A stretch of 63,922 bases of DNA, counting the filler, from Octopus bimaculoides (lineage: Eukaryota): assembly GCF_001194135.2 (NCBI RefSeq). It is 10 parts of 8 records of this genome, joined end to end, with 100 filler letters (N's around TTAATTAATTAA, not from the genome) between each part and the next. Parts side by side here need not be neighbours in the genome. Positions count along the whole stretch, not along the records: positions 9,981 to 24,115 come from NC_068989.1; positions 24,216 to 26,891 come from NW_026422227.1; positions 26,992 to 32,541 come from NW_026364253.1; positions 32,642 to 40,362 come from NC_068982.1; 6 more parts are not named here. One strand, written 5' to 3'. This document shows, in pieces, positions 23,946 through 37,330 of this stretch (position 1 is its first letter; each line of letters opens with the position of its first letter). The translations under genes and the position numbers were made by a program. Under the pieces are notes generated by a model. It did no database searches, was not told the origin of the DNA, and saw nothing but the letters and a program-made list of their open reading frames with translations.

Positions 23946-24215
23946 TTATGATGGTGAGCTGGTAAAATTGTCAGTGCATCAGTGAAAATGCTTCTTTTGG
24001 ATCTTCATGTTCTGAGTTCAAATTCCACCGAGACTGACTTTGCCTTTCATCTTTTAGGGTCGACGTAATAAACTAAACCCCCTTCTCTAAAACTGCTCAC
24101 CTTATGTCAATATTTNNNNNNNNNNNNNNNNNNNNNNNNNNNNNNNNNNNNNNNNNNNNTTAATTAATTAANNNNNNNNNNNNNNNNNNNNNNNNNNNNN
24201 NNNNNNNNNNNNNNN

Positions 24216-24247
<32 letters not shown>

Positions 24248-25835
24248 ATAAATATATAGATATATGCATATATCGATACATATATGTATATACCTACATC
24301 TATATGTATCTATACATGCATATATGAGTACAGGACATAAAAAAAACGTTAAACAGAATGGGAAATGAAAAACGAAAACAGAAAACGAACTTTTTTCGAA
24401 CAAAAAAAAAGCGAGAAACGAGACATGTTTGTATTCGTGTTCTGTATTTGTCCCCACCCCTCACCCATCATCGCCTGACAATCGATGTTGGTGTGTTTAC
24501 GTCCCTGTAACCTAGCGATTCGGCAAAAAAGTCCGATAGAATAAGTATTAGTCTTACAAAGAATCAATGCTGGGTTCTATTTGATCGAGTAAAGGTGGTA
24601 CTCTAGCATGGCCGCAGTCAANNNNNNNNNNATATATCAAAGTTTAAGGAGTGAGAGAAGACAGATTAGTTTATCATCCTCCTAGTCTGGCGAATACATA
24701 TTCAAATTAGGAATAGAATCAAATATATACATATATATTTCTTTTATTATAATCCCACGGTTGGTCGATCACAATATATATACAGAAAATTACATCAGAT
24801 AAAATTAATTGAATTAAAATGACGTGCAGGTCAGATGGTTAAAGGATTTACATGAGTCCTCGAATGAAGTACAATTAAATAGATTATAGCTTTCATGCTG
24901 TTCATCCGATTTCTTCTTTCCCAAATCAAAATAAAAACCTCTCCCTCCCATTCTTTTAATCAGGTCGTTAATCTGTAGCGATTATGTTGCCATATATGTA
25001 TTGAGATGTTTTTAAGGGATAAACCTAGAATCTGCTTCTCCATTTGTTATTTCTATAGGTGGAGCTCAATTTTATTAAATAATAAATGAGTTTAGGTCTT
25101 TCCACGAAATAACACGGAAGGGCTCAATATATTGAGCAAATATTAAAAAAAAAAGGGAGAAAAGACTGATTAGTTTATCATCCTCCTAGTCCGGTCAATA
25201 TATATTCAAATTGGGAATATAATCAAATATATACATATATATTTTTTTATTATAATCCCAAGGTTGGGCGATCACAATGTAAATATATATATCATTATAA
25301 ATGATGTCAATAATTGACAGCAAAAAAGAATGTATATTTTATAACTTTATATAGATTATTAAATGATCCCATAATATTTCGGCAAAGATTCCCCTTTACA
25401 AATAGAATAATTAAAGCAATCAAAGAGTTCGAAGAAGTGAGTTATTACAACCAAGCTAGCGCTCTTCATGAAATATAAATTGTTTTGAGTTACATATGTA
25501 TTGTCAGAGGGGAAATTTCCTTGAATATAACAAAACAGGCTATAAAATTGTGTGGTAACCTGGAGGAATAAAACAAACGGATTGATTCTGTTTCTCAACA
25601 CACGAAAATAATTTAATCTCTTATGTAAACAATTTCGGGATAAACTGTGCGCATATCAAACACTTAACTATAGATTTAATTTCAATTACTAAATAATAAA
25701 AGAATAATTAATTGTGCATTATTCGTATGAATGAATATGTATGCGTGTTTCTGAAGATGTATTACAGAAACATTATGTATGCTTGTAAGTTTACATGTAT
25801 GGATATACATATGCATATTTGTAAATATGTATGTG

Positions 25836-25905
<70 letters not shown>

Positions 25906-25925
25906 AATATATATATTTATATATG

Positions 25926-25998
<73 letters not shown>

Positions 25999-26257
25999 GC
26001 ATACATACACATATGCATACATACGTACATCACGCATACATAGGTACACATGCAGAAGACACTGAGTAAGGTATGTCTGCGCCTAGAGAGGCGCCATTAG
26101 CAATCTAGAAAAACGCATATTATATATGTCTGTGTGTGTGTATTAACACATCCATCATTCCAATCTATCCATATACACCCTGGCATTTACACACCTACAT
26201 CTATATAGACATAGAAACATACGTAATAACCGCACCCCTTATATAGTTTTGTGTGTG

Positions 26258-26322
<65 letters not shown>

Positions 26323-26991
26323 TCACAATACACAGATATATGTACACTTACACCCACACGGCTATTTGCATTGAGCGGTGATACAGAACCACATCAATAT
26401 CTGGAAAAACCTTTTCAAACTACAAGCTCCGCTAGACACGGTATTCATGAACCGAAAGTGAGGCTTTGAAATCTATAATTACAGGCCACACTTGTAATTT
26501 CAACAGCCATGGCTATGTAGCTATATAAGCTATGTAGTACGGCTGACACTTTTATTTTGCTTTCGTATTCAATGAAACTTCACAAAGCAAATCAGTGTGT
26601 ATAATAGAGCTTGCATGATGGTTTCACCAATTCTCACACTCTGCCTCACTTTGCCTGTATATCTGCGCGTGAAAATGTATGTGTGTGTGTGTGAGTTATA
26701 TGGTTATGCTGTGGGACACTCCCTTCATCATAACGCCTTCGCAACCTTTGCGACAGTAGTGCAACAGCAGCACTCGCTTTACCGTGCGTATATCTATCTA
26801 TATATTCATCCATCTGTCCGTCCATCTATCAGCCTACCTATTTATTTATCTATCCATCTAACTTCATATAAGATGTAACCATATACATACANNNNNNNNN
26901 NNNNNNNNNNNNNNNNNNNNNNNNNNNNNNNNNNNTTAATTAATTAANNNNNNNNNNNNNNNNNNNNNNNNNNNNNNNNNNNNNNNNNNNN

Positions 26992-27022
<31 letters not shown>

Positions 27023-27437
27023 AATTTGTTTCAAATCTCTGAGTGAGTTATATACAGTAACAGTACCAAATAGTAATGTTTATAAGCCAACAGAATGTGG
27101 AAGTCTTATAAAGGCCAATATTACTGCTGTTTTAGCCTCAGGAAAACATCTTTTCCAACTGGCTATCAACACACACTTTGTGTCCGTATAGCAATTTGCA
27201 AGGGTGGTCATCACTCCCATCTCTAGCCTTACATGATTCTCACAGACCTTAGGTTTCAGGGTGGTTACCCATCCTCAGTGTGAAATAATCACAAGCTAGT
27301 GACGAAAGCTCTCCATTTGCAAATACTATATATTCTACAAGTGACGCACAGTTGCTGATCTCATATAGAGAAAAACAATTTGTTTAAAATCTCTGAGTGA
27401 GATATATACTGTAACAGTACTGAATAGTAATGTCTAT

Positions 27438-27487
<50 letters not shown>

Positions 27488-27796
27488 NNNNNNNNNNNNN
27501 NNNNNNNNNNNNNNNNNNNNNNNNNNNNNNNNNNNNNNNNNNNNNNNNNNNNNNNNNNNNNNNNNNNNNNNNNNNNNNNNNNNNNNNNNNNNNNNNNNNN
27601 NNNNNNNNNNNNNNNNNNNNNNNNNNNNNNNNNNNNNNNNNNNNNNNNNNNNNNNNNNNNNNNNNNNNNNNNNNNNNNNNNNNNNNNNNNNNNNNNNNNN
27701 NNNNNNNNNNNNNNNNNNNNNNNNNNNNNNNNNNNNNNNNNNNNNNNNNNNNNNNNNNNNNNNNNNNNNNNNNNNNNNNNNNNNNNNNNNNNNNNN

Positions 27797-28655
27797 NGAG
27801 AATAAGGTGGATGGTGTATTTTTTGCCAGCCAAGCTCTTCGATCGTCTGTGATGTGATTCTTGCAGTGTGGGGTTGCACATTGTCCTGATGAAACATCAC
27901 TCCTTTTCGATTCACTAAAGTGGGTCTTTTTTTCTTCAAAGTTTGGTTCAAATGCTCCCCCAAATGATTTTGTAAAGGACGAAACAAATGGTAGTTTGAA
28001 GGAGCAAGGTCGGGAGAATAAGGTGGATGGTGTATTTTTTGCCAGCCAAGCTCTTCGATCGTCTGTGATGTGATTCTTGCAGTGTGGGGTTGCGCATTGT
28101 CCTGATTCACTAAAGCAGGTCATGTTTTCTTCAAAGCTGGGTTCAAATGCTCTAATTGCTGACAGTAGACTTGAGCATTGATTGTTGCATTAGGTGATAA
28201 CAATTCAAAGTGAATTACTCGTTTGCAATCTCAGCAGATAGAGAGAAGAACCTTTTTCCCATGAAGTTCCCTTCTCGGTTGTGGTTGAGCTTTTTTCCTT
28301 TTACCAAGCCACTGTCACCAGTGAAATGAGTTTATGAGAATGGAGAGAAGAGCAGATGTCAACTCAGGATTTGCGGTTGCTTTTGGACAATTCACGAGGT
28401 ACCCATTTTCCAAGTTTAGGAACCTTTCCAAGTTATTGAAGATGACAATTAACAGTTGTATGGTTTGAACTAAGCTTTATTACTAATTCTTCAACTGATA
28501 ATGCAGGATTTTCTTCAAGTAATGCCTCAAGGAGATTATCATCAAACTGAATTGGACGTCCTGTTCGATCTTCATCTTCAAGGCTGAAATCGCCACTTCT
28601 GAATTTTGCAAACCATCTTCTGCCAGTTCTTTCATTCAAGCATTCTTTCCCATAA
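27797..28655 (-). pseudogene. Mariner (Tc1/mariner, DD34D) transposase relic with internal 216-bp duplication
   Basis: RRWFAKFRSGDFSLEDEDRTGRP (HTH/linker), HQDNAQPH and HPPYSPDLAPSNYHLF (catalytic region, last D changed to N); stops and frameshifts. Confidence 0.9.
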
Positions 28656-28708
28656 ACTGAGTATATGTTTCGAGTCGTTTCAGCTGCAGAGTTTCCTTTT
28701 TTGTTCTC

Positions 28709-29387
28709 ATCATCATCATCATCGTCGTTTAATGTCCGCTTTCCATGCTAGCAGGGTTGGACGATTTGACTGCGGACTGGCAAACCAGATGGCTACACCA
28801 GGCTCCAATCTGATTTGACAGAGTTTCTACAGCTGGATGCCCTTCCTAATGCCAACCACTCCGAGAGTGTAGTGGGTGCTTTTACGTGCCACCGGCACGA
28901 AGGCCAGTCAGGTGGTACTGGCAACGGCCATGCTCAAAATGGTGTATTTTATGTGCCACCTGCACAGGAGCCAGTCCGGCAGCACTGGCAATGACCTCGC
29001 TCAAATGTCTTTGCCCGTGCCACCGGCACAAGTGCCAGTAAGCCGACGCTGGTAACAATTATGCTCAAATGGTGCTATTTACGTGCCACTGGCACAGAAG
29101 CCAGACGGCTGCTCTGGCAACTATCATGCTCGGACAGTGCTCTTAGCACTCCACTGGTACAGGTGCCATCACGATTTCGCTTTCACTTGCCCCAACAGGT
29201 CTTCACAAGCTGAGTTTAGTGTCCAATGAAGGAGAGGTTGGCATGGGTGCCAGTCATCGAATTTAGTTCGATTTCGATTTCACTTGCCTCAACAGGTCTT
29301 TGCAAGCGGAGTTTAGTGTCCAATGAAGGAAAGGTATGCATAAGTGGGCTCTCTACACCCCTGGCAGAAGCTTTGGGTTATGGTTTC
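28709..29387 (-). mobile_element. Long copy of the (GAT)n-tailed repeat with internal tandem subrepeats
   Basis: Identity to the 17503 copy; about 65-bp units at 28886, 28953, 29017, 29083 and about 29147. Confidence 0.8.
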
Positions 29388-31385
29388 NNNNNNNNNNNNN
29401 NNNNNNNNNNNNNNNNNNNNNNNNNNNNNNNNNNNNNNNNNNNNNNNNNNNNNNNNNNNNNNNNNNNNNNNNNNNNNNNNNNNNNNNNNNNNNNNNNNNN
29501 NNNNNNNNNNNNNNNNNNNNNNNNNNNNNNNNNNNNNNNNNNNNNNNNNNNNNNNNNNNNNNNNNNNNNNNNNNNNNNNNNNNNNNNNNNNNNNNNNNNN
29601 NNNNNNNNNNNNNNNNNNNNNNNNNNNNNNNNNNNNNNNNNNNNNNNNNNNNNNNNNNNNNNNNNNNNNNNNNNNNNNNNNNNNNNNNNNNNNNNNNNNN
29701 NNNNNNNNNNNNNNNNNNNNNNNNNNNNNNNNNNNNNNNNNNNNNNNNNNNNNNNNNNNNNNNNNNNNNNNNNNNNNNNNNNNNNNNNNNNNNNNNNNNN
29801 NNNNNNNNNNNNNNNNNNNNNNNNNNNNNNNNNNNNNNNNNNNNNNNNNNNNNNNNNNNNNNNNNNNNNNNNNNNNNNNNNNNNNNNNNNNNNNNNNNNN
29901 NNNNNNNNNNNNNNNNNNNNNNNNNNNNNNNNNNNNNNNNNNNNNNNNNNNNNNNNNNNNNNNNNNNNNNNNNNNNNNNNNNNNNNNNNNNNNNNNNNNN
30001 NNNNNNNNNNNNNNNNNNNNNNNNNNNNNNNNNNNNNNNNNNNNNNNNNNNNNNNNNNNNNNNNNNNNNNNNNNNNNNNNNNNNNNNNNNNNNNNNNNNN
30101 NNNNNNNNNNNNNNNNNNNNNNNNNNNNNNNNNNNNNNNNNNNNNNNNNNNNNNNNNNNNNNNNNNNNNNNNNNNNNNNNNNNNNNNNNNNNNNNNNNNN
30201 NNNNNNNNNNNNNNNNNNNNNNNNNNNNNNNNNNNNNNNNNNNNNNNNNNNNNNNNNNNNNNNNNNNNNNNNNNNNNNNNNNNNNNNNNNNNNNNNNNNN
30301 NNNNNNNNNNNNNNNNNNNNNNNNNNNNNNNNNNNNNNNNNNNNNNNNNNNNNNNNNNNNNNNNNNNNNNNNNNTTTAATCAAAGAAAATTTAATTCTAT
30401 TATTCTGTAAGATAATATTTAATTAGTTTAAATGTACACAAATGCATAAAAATAATTTTTAATTTCATTAGACATTCTAAAATACTATTAAATTTCATTC
30501 AATTTTAAAAAAAAGGTAAAATCGGACAGAACTTATGGGACGACCTGATATTTATATATGGTACAGCTAACTTGAAACACGTGATACGGGGAAGTGCAGC
30601 ATTGACAACAAAACATTTGTGGAGTAAATGAAGGACTAATTTGACTAAGTTACATATCAGGCGTCTGTTTGGAAGATTCCAGTCCCTAGCCTTGTCATGG
30701 AAAAGTAGGTGGGGGTATGTGATTTTTGAATACACCATAAAGCTCTCAGTGGTTATACCCTCTTCTGTGGCTGTCAGTGCTGCTGCTATCATGCTGAACA
30801 ATCAGCAGACATAAAGACTACATTTATGTGACACAGTCTCTAACTAATGTGGTTGGGTCTTAGACACCATAGATTAGTTGGTTGATGTACATGTGATATT
30901 TCAGTTTATAATCAATAGCTGAAGAATATTTGTATGGGCTTCATCTATGCTTAAAAGGAAGACTTTGATACTGAAGCTAAAAGAAAGTAGTTGAATAGTA
31001 GCTCAGGATTTAACATATTTTAGCATTTTTTCATAATAAACATAGTGCATTCCAAATGGTTTTTATTCCAACAAATTTCTATCTATTGTACTACAGGAAC
31101 AAGCTATCATTGCTACCACTTAAACAATGTAGTTTGAAGTCTACTTCAGTTCATCCATTTAATACAACTTACTTATATAATTTCAGGAGCTCTTTTTTTC
31201 CAGTTTGAACAGAAGCAATGCATGGACCGTAACTTAGCGGTTCGGTAAAAGAGACCAATAGAATAAGTACTAGGCTTACAAAGAATAAGCCCTGGGGTTG
31301 ATTTGTTCAACTAAAGGTGGTGCTCCAGCATGGCCTCAGTCAAATGACTGAAACAAATAAAAGAATATTATGTATATATATATAA

Positions 31386-31432
<47 letters not shown>

Positions 31433-32650
31433 NNNNNNNNNNNNNNNNNNNNNNNNNNNNNNNNNNNNNNNNNNNNNNNNNNNNNNNNNNNNNNNNNNNN
31501 NNNNNNNNNNNNNNNNNNNNNNNNNNNNNNNNNNNNNNNNNNNNNNNNNNNNNNNNNNNNNNNNNNNNNNNNNNNNNNNNNNNNNNNNNNNNNNNNNNNN
31601 NNNNNNNNNNNNNNNNNNNNNNNNNNNNNNNNNNNNNNNNNNNNNNNNNNNNNNNNNNNNNNNNNNNNNNNNNNNNNNNNNNNNNNNNNNNNNNNNNNNN
31701 NNNNNNNNNNNNNNNNNNNNNNNNNNNNNNNNNNNNNNNNNNNNNNNNNNNNNNNNNNNNNNNNNNNNNNNNNNNNNNNNNNNNNNNNNNNNNNNNNNNN
31801 NNNNNNNNNNNNNNNNNNNNNNNNNNNNNNNNNNNNNNNNNNNNNNNNNNNNNNNNNNNNNNNNNNNNNNNNNNNNNNNNNNNNNNNNNNNNNNNNNNNN
31901 NNNNNNNNNNNNNNNNNNNNNNNNNNNNNNNNNNNNNNNNNNNNNNNNNNNNNNNNNNNNNNNNNNNNNNNNNNNNNNNNNNNNNNNNNNNNNNNNNNNN
32001 NNNNNNNNNNNNNNNNNNNNNNNNNNNNNNNNNNNNNNNNNNNNNNNNNNNNNNNNNNNNNNNNNNNNNNNNNNNNAGAGAGTGAAGTGGAGGAATGAAA
32101 ATAGATGTGAGATATGCAAAGATATTGCATTTGTAGATCCATTATTTAGGCAGAATGGTATATATATATAAGATTCCAATACCTTGTGAGTAAATTCCAA
32201 TAGTATTTAAAATTGGTTATTGTAAATTCCAATAGTAATTTAAGATTGGTCATTCCAAGTATAGAGTTTGTACACAGTGCTATTGAATCGAGGGTTTTAT
32301 TTAAAGTGACCTAAAAGTAGGGAATGTATTTGTAAGGTCAAATCGAAAACAGGAAGAGAGGAATAAAGAAAAGAGAAAAAAGAGGAGAAAAAAAGAAGAA
32401 AAAGAAAAAGAGGAAGAGAGGAATAAAGTAAAGAAAGAAAAAAAGCAAAGAAGAAAAACAAGGAGAATCTATTGTAGCAGCTTCTAATAAACAAAAGCTT
32501 TCTCTTTACTATCAAAACTCACATAATTACGACTCTAGTCANNNNNNNNNNNNNNNNNNNNNNNNNNNNNNNNNNNNNNNNNNNNTTAATTAATTAANNN
32601 NNNNNNNNNNNNNNNNNNNNNNNNNNNNNNNNNNNNNNNNNATATATATG

Positions 32651-32681
<31 letters not shown>

Positions 32682-34249
32682 ACACACATATACGCACACT
32701 CATGTATGTGTGTATGTATACATATATATAAATATATATGTATTATATGTAGTTCATCAAGTAGTATAGCACTCAATCAATTAAGCAAGTAAAGATATTA
32801 CAATAAAAACCACAAAAAGCCTCTGGTAGCTGCATCTCACAAGGTTTTTTGTGGTTTTATTATATTAAGACACACACACACACATGCGCGTGCACATACA
32901 CATATATGTGAGTGCATGTATGTATGCATGTGCACATATCACCTGCCAACACACAGTTTCTGTGTTTCAGATTCCACTCAGCCTATGATCACAGTTGAGG
33001 ATATTCACTGAAAGTAGAATTTAACCAGAAGTACATGGTTGGATAACAAACTTCTTAACCACATAGCCATGCCTACAGTTGAATACATTAGATGTAAAGG
33101 AGTATTAACAGCCAAGAAATAAAGACCATGACCTGTTATGATAGCTCATTAGATATAATGGATAGCTTCTGTCACCTAAATAATCTAATTAATGCAGAAG
33201 GAGATTATAGTTAGATCTACAGCATCTTGTATGATGGATGGAGTTCTGGAATCTGGAGCTTTTATTAACAACAAATAATTTTTTGACTGTTATCATTGTT
33301 GTTGTCATCATTGTTGTCGTCATTGTCAGCAGCAGTGGTAGTGGCATCATCATTTAATGTTCATTTTCCAGCTGACATGGGTTCGACAGTTTGACAGGTG
33401 CTTTTGAGCCAGAGGACTGTGTGAAGCTCCAGTGTTTGTTTTGGCATGGTTACTACAGCTGGATGCTCTTCCTAATGCCAACCACTTTGCAGAGTGTACT
33501 GGGTGTGTTTTATGTGGCATTGGCATCAGTAAGGTCACCAAATTACTCAGTGGAGGTACGTGGCTTAGCAGTTTGGGTGTTGACATCATGATCGTAAGAT
33601 TGTGGTTTTGATTCCTGGACCAAGCAACACATTGTGTTCTTGAGTAAAACACTTCATTTCACACTGTTCCAGTCCACTCAGTTGGCAAAAATGAGTCATC
33701 CTGTGATGGACTGATGTCTCATTCAGGTGAGGAATATATATATGTCATGAAACTGGGAAATCTGCCCTTATGAGTCAGTATGACTTGAGAAGGTAACTTT
33801 ACCTTTACTTTACCACCACGTTACTCACAAAACAAGAACCTTCAACTGAGATGGTGAAGTATTGAGGGAGGTGGCTTTATGCCTGGTGATGAAACATTAA
33901 AGTATGAGAGAGAGACAAGTGAAGGTGTCTTGCTATGAAGGAGATACATGGTTACCCCAGTTGGAAAACGGTGAGGAGATGGTGGTGAAGATGTTCAAAG
34001 TGTACCCTCAAGTTACAGGAAGGTGAATATAAAAGAAATGATATAAGAGAAATGGAAAGAGTGAAGAGGTAGGTAAGTGAGTTTGTGAGAATATGGAAGG
34101 AAAGTGACATGAGGGGAATGCAGTGAGTGGTAAACACAGATGGAAGCAGAGACACTCATGAATATCAGTTGGAAGGGAAGGTGGAGGAAGCAGGAATGGG
34201 TCCACCTGCAAATCCTATTCTATCATTGGGAAGAAAGAAGGGACACATT

Positions 34250-34620
34250 GGGCATTTTAGTTTATGATATATAAAAAAAAGATGTGATGTGCATTGCTGG
34301 AACACCTAGATTAGGACTAACTTGGGGTTCAAGAGTTACAAGAAAGTTTTTCTGTTGGTGTACCAAAGTCAGAGTGTCTAAAGTATGTGTAAGAGTTAAA
34401 TGCTAGTGTGTGTAGAATGAAGCTATGTTCATTAGAGAAATTATAGGCAGTAGGAGCAGAAGATCTGTATATACTGGAAAGAAATGCTGAAAAGCAAAGC
34501 ACAAGTAAGCTGAGTGAGTGGATATGTTATAAAAGTATAATCTGTTATGAGCATGAAAAATGACTGAACTGGTATGGATACATGATGTAAATGAACAAAG
34601 CAAGTTAACTATGAAATTAT
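34250..34620 (+). mobile_element. Highly decayed RTE LINE RT fragment
   Basis: Remnant translations AVGAEDLYILERN and LNWYGYMM (compare RTE LERN...LRWYGHVMRM). Confidence 0.45.
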
Positions 34621-36019
34621 TATGTGCTAAAATATCGAAGTTTCATACTTTGGCACCTGTGTGGTATAGTGTTTTTTGATTCTTTGCCAAAATATCCAAG
34701 TGTCATATTTTGCCACAAGTGTGGCATTGTGTTTTAATTACTGAATTTTCTAGCATACAAGTCAAAATTTTCAGACCAAAATTTCCAGCTGAAATAGGTA
34801 GGTCAACTTATACATCAAGACAACTTGGTGAAATGCTGCAAGATTTGTAAAGATAGCGATGATATTTGAATGTTTACACTACACATTTTCACTGTATACT
34901 AGTTTGACTTGTATGCCAGAAAAGATGGCAATACATTTAATTTTGAAATATCTAGCTCAAATAACAGTAAACAAGTGTTGCACAGTAAAAACAAGTTTGT
35001 TGCTGTAAATTGTAACTATAATGTTACATACATGTATGTTTCATTAGTTGGGAATGGGTAGAATTCATTTTTTTCAAGATGTGCCAAGGTTCAGTGCTCA
35101 TAAGCCCTTTTTAAAAAAAATTGTAATTTAATAACTGTAACTTTTTGAATAAATACTATTTATTAAATTGAAAACATGTTTTAGTTATGTTTCCTCAACT
35201 TTTATTTTCAATTTTTTTTTAATATGTTCTAAATATGTACAATAAACCAATGTGCAAAATCAATTTCTTTTTAATTAAAATAATATGCTTTTTTTTTTTC
35301 AATGAAAGTGGGTACTGAGCTACAAAAGTCTGAAAACCGCTGTGTTAGAATATGAAGCAGTTGTTGCATATCAACCATGTAAATTCTTTACCTCTACTTG
35401 CAAATAAATAAGACATGGAAGGCTTTTGGGCCTTGAAGAAATTTTAGTTGAATGAATTGTACTTATTTTTTAAGCCTGGTACTTATTCTATTGGTTACTT
35501 TTTACCAAACTGCTAAGTTGCAGGGACATAAACATACCAACACTGGTTGTGAAGTGGTTGTTGGGGACAAACACAGTCAGAAATACGTGTCTTTGTGTTT
35601 GTCCCCACCCCCACCACCTGACAACTGGATTACAGTTTTACACCTGTTCTTTGATTATTAAATATTTGTATGTATCTATAGCTGAATGCTCTTATAAATG
35701 CAAATGTATTTACCAAGACATGAAACTTGTACTGTTTTGTTATTTTACTTTTTTATAAATTGAATAGATTAAATTAATGGGCATTTGGATGTCAAGAATG
35801 AATGTTATTATGATAATCTTAGATTTTCTTTTTCTCACAATTTATAAAATGTATATTTTCTATAATTATATCTCACTTCTTGTTTGAGTTGGCAGAATAA
35901 AGCAGTCATTGATTCAACCTTTGTTTCACAAGAAGCAAACGTATATTAATTTACGTCACCATTAGGAAAATTTATTGTAAACTTAATTGAGCCAAACATT
36001 CCAACAATTATTTTGAATG

Positions 36020-36109
<90 letters not shown>

Positions 36110-36440
36110 TATGTATATTTATAAAAAAGAAAAAAACCCAAACAAAATATTGACTTTGTTATATCCTTTCAGATTTGCCAAAATAATTTTTTTGAAAACA
36201 ATAATAATTAAGGTTTTTTTTTCATGTATAAAGATAATATTTAAAATAGTACACTTAAATAAATTTGTATTTTGTTGAGTCAATATCTAAGTATAATATT
36301 AGACTCAAATATTATGTTTTCTCTGCTTGTAATATCAATAAATATTAATAGATATTAAAATTGTGAAATAAAACATTAAAGAAGTAAAAGTTTGAGGATG
36401 ATTAAATGTCGTTGAATATAAATACATAAACTGATTTCAG

Positions 36441-36726
36441 GTTTGAATTTAAATGCCACACACGAAGCAAGCAGATTGAAAATAGGTAGGATTTTATCCA
36501 ATGACTAAAACTACCATTATAGCTTTTGCTTTTGGAAATGCAAGCAATTAATTTACTTCATATTTTACAGTGAAAGTAGTATTGTTTTTTTTCTCTCTAT
36601 TGATCAATAAGTTTGTGTAACTTGCTTTTTCTTTCACATTTTATTTTATAATTCCAAGGTTTTCTTAATATGTCTTCATACCGGTTACCAGTTAATACAA
36701 ATTTATGGGCAGCCATTGCTCACTGA
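36441..36726 (+). CDS. Candidate last two coding exons of an unidentified gene: 36441-36485 and 36659-36726, (G)LNLNATHEASRLKI-G-FLNMSSYRLPVNTNLWAAIAH*
   Basis: Acceptor ctgatttcag, donor ATAG|gtagga, a 173-nt intron with polypyrimidine tract ending ccaag, and an in-frame join. No protein family recognised. Confidence 0.25.
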
Positions 36727-37159
36727 GTAACCAATGCCTTTTTGGTTTTCTTATAAAGATTCTCATGGTTTATTCAATTTAACTATTTTCTTACATCCAG
36801 TCATATATTTAAAATTTCGGCTATACATTTTATGGATTATATTTATCTTATTTTTATTTCATTTTCTTTCTTTGTTTTTCGTTTTTAGTAAGTCTAGTTC
36901 TAGTACTTTATCCAAGATTGATTTTACATTCACCCACAAAGTGTTGCTATTATTAAATTCTGATTAACTTATGAGAAGTAAATAATGTATTAGGTTGACT
37001 GTGTGGTAAGAAGCTTGCTTCCCAACCTCATGGTTCCGAGTTCAGTCTCACCATGTGGAACCTAGAGCAAGTGTCTTCCACTATGGCCTTGGGCTGACCA
37101 AAGCCTTGTGTGTTGATTTACTAGACAGAAACCGAAAGCAGCCTGTCATATATGTATAT

Positions 37160-37330
37160 ACAGAGCTGGGCATAAGTCTGTAAATCCGTTAATCATTAAT
37201 TAACAAAGTTAACATTTTCATTAATGGTTTAACTTTTAAGTTAACTTTGAAAATCATTATCAGACTAATTAACTTCCATTACATTTAGCTTCTGTTAACT
37301 CAAGTCCGTTAACCCAACAATTTCATAAAA
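37160..37330. mobile_element. Probable DNA-transposon (hAT-like) terminus or MITE fragment
   Basis: Begins CAGAGCTGGGC and contains multiple short GTTAAC palindromic subterminal repeats. No transposase seen. Confidence 0.3.

Noticed and set aside
25748-25785. CUGAAGA-UGU(AUU)ACA-GAAA-CAU(U)AUG-UA hammerhead-like core
   Set aside because: Helices II and III pair, but no helix I can form with the flanks; AT-rich context makes chance plausible.
30505-30830. Minus-strand 98-aa ORF and a nearly open plus-strand frame
   Set aside because: No USP40 similarity. Only a faint resemblance (YQASVWK...CGCQCC) to decayed DNA-transposon C-termini, which is too weak to call.
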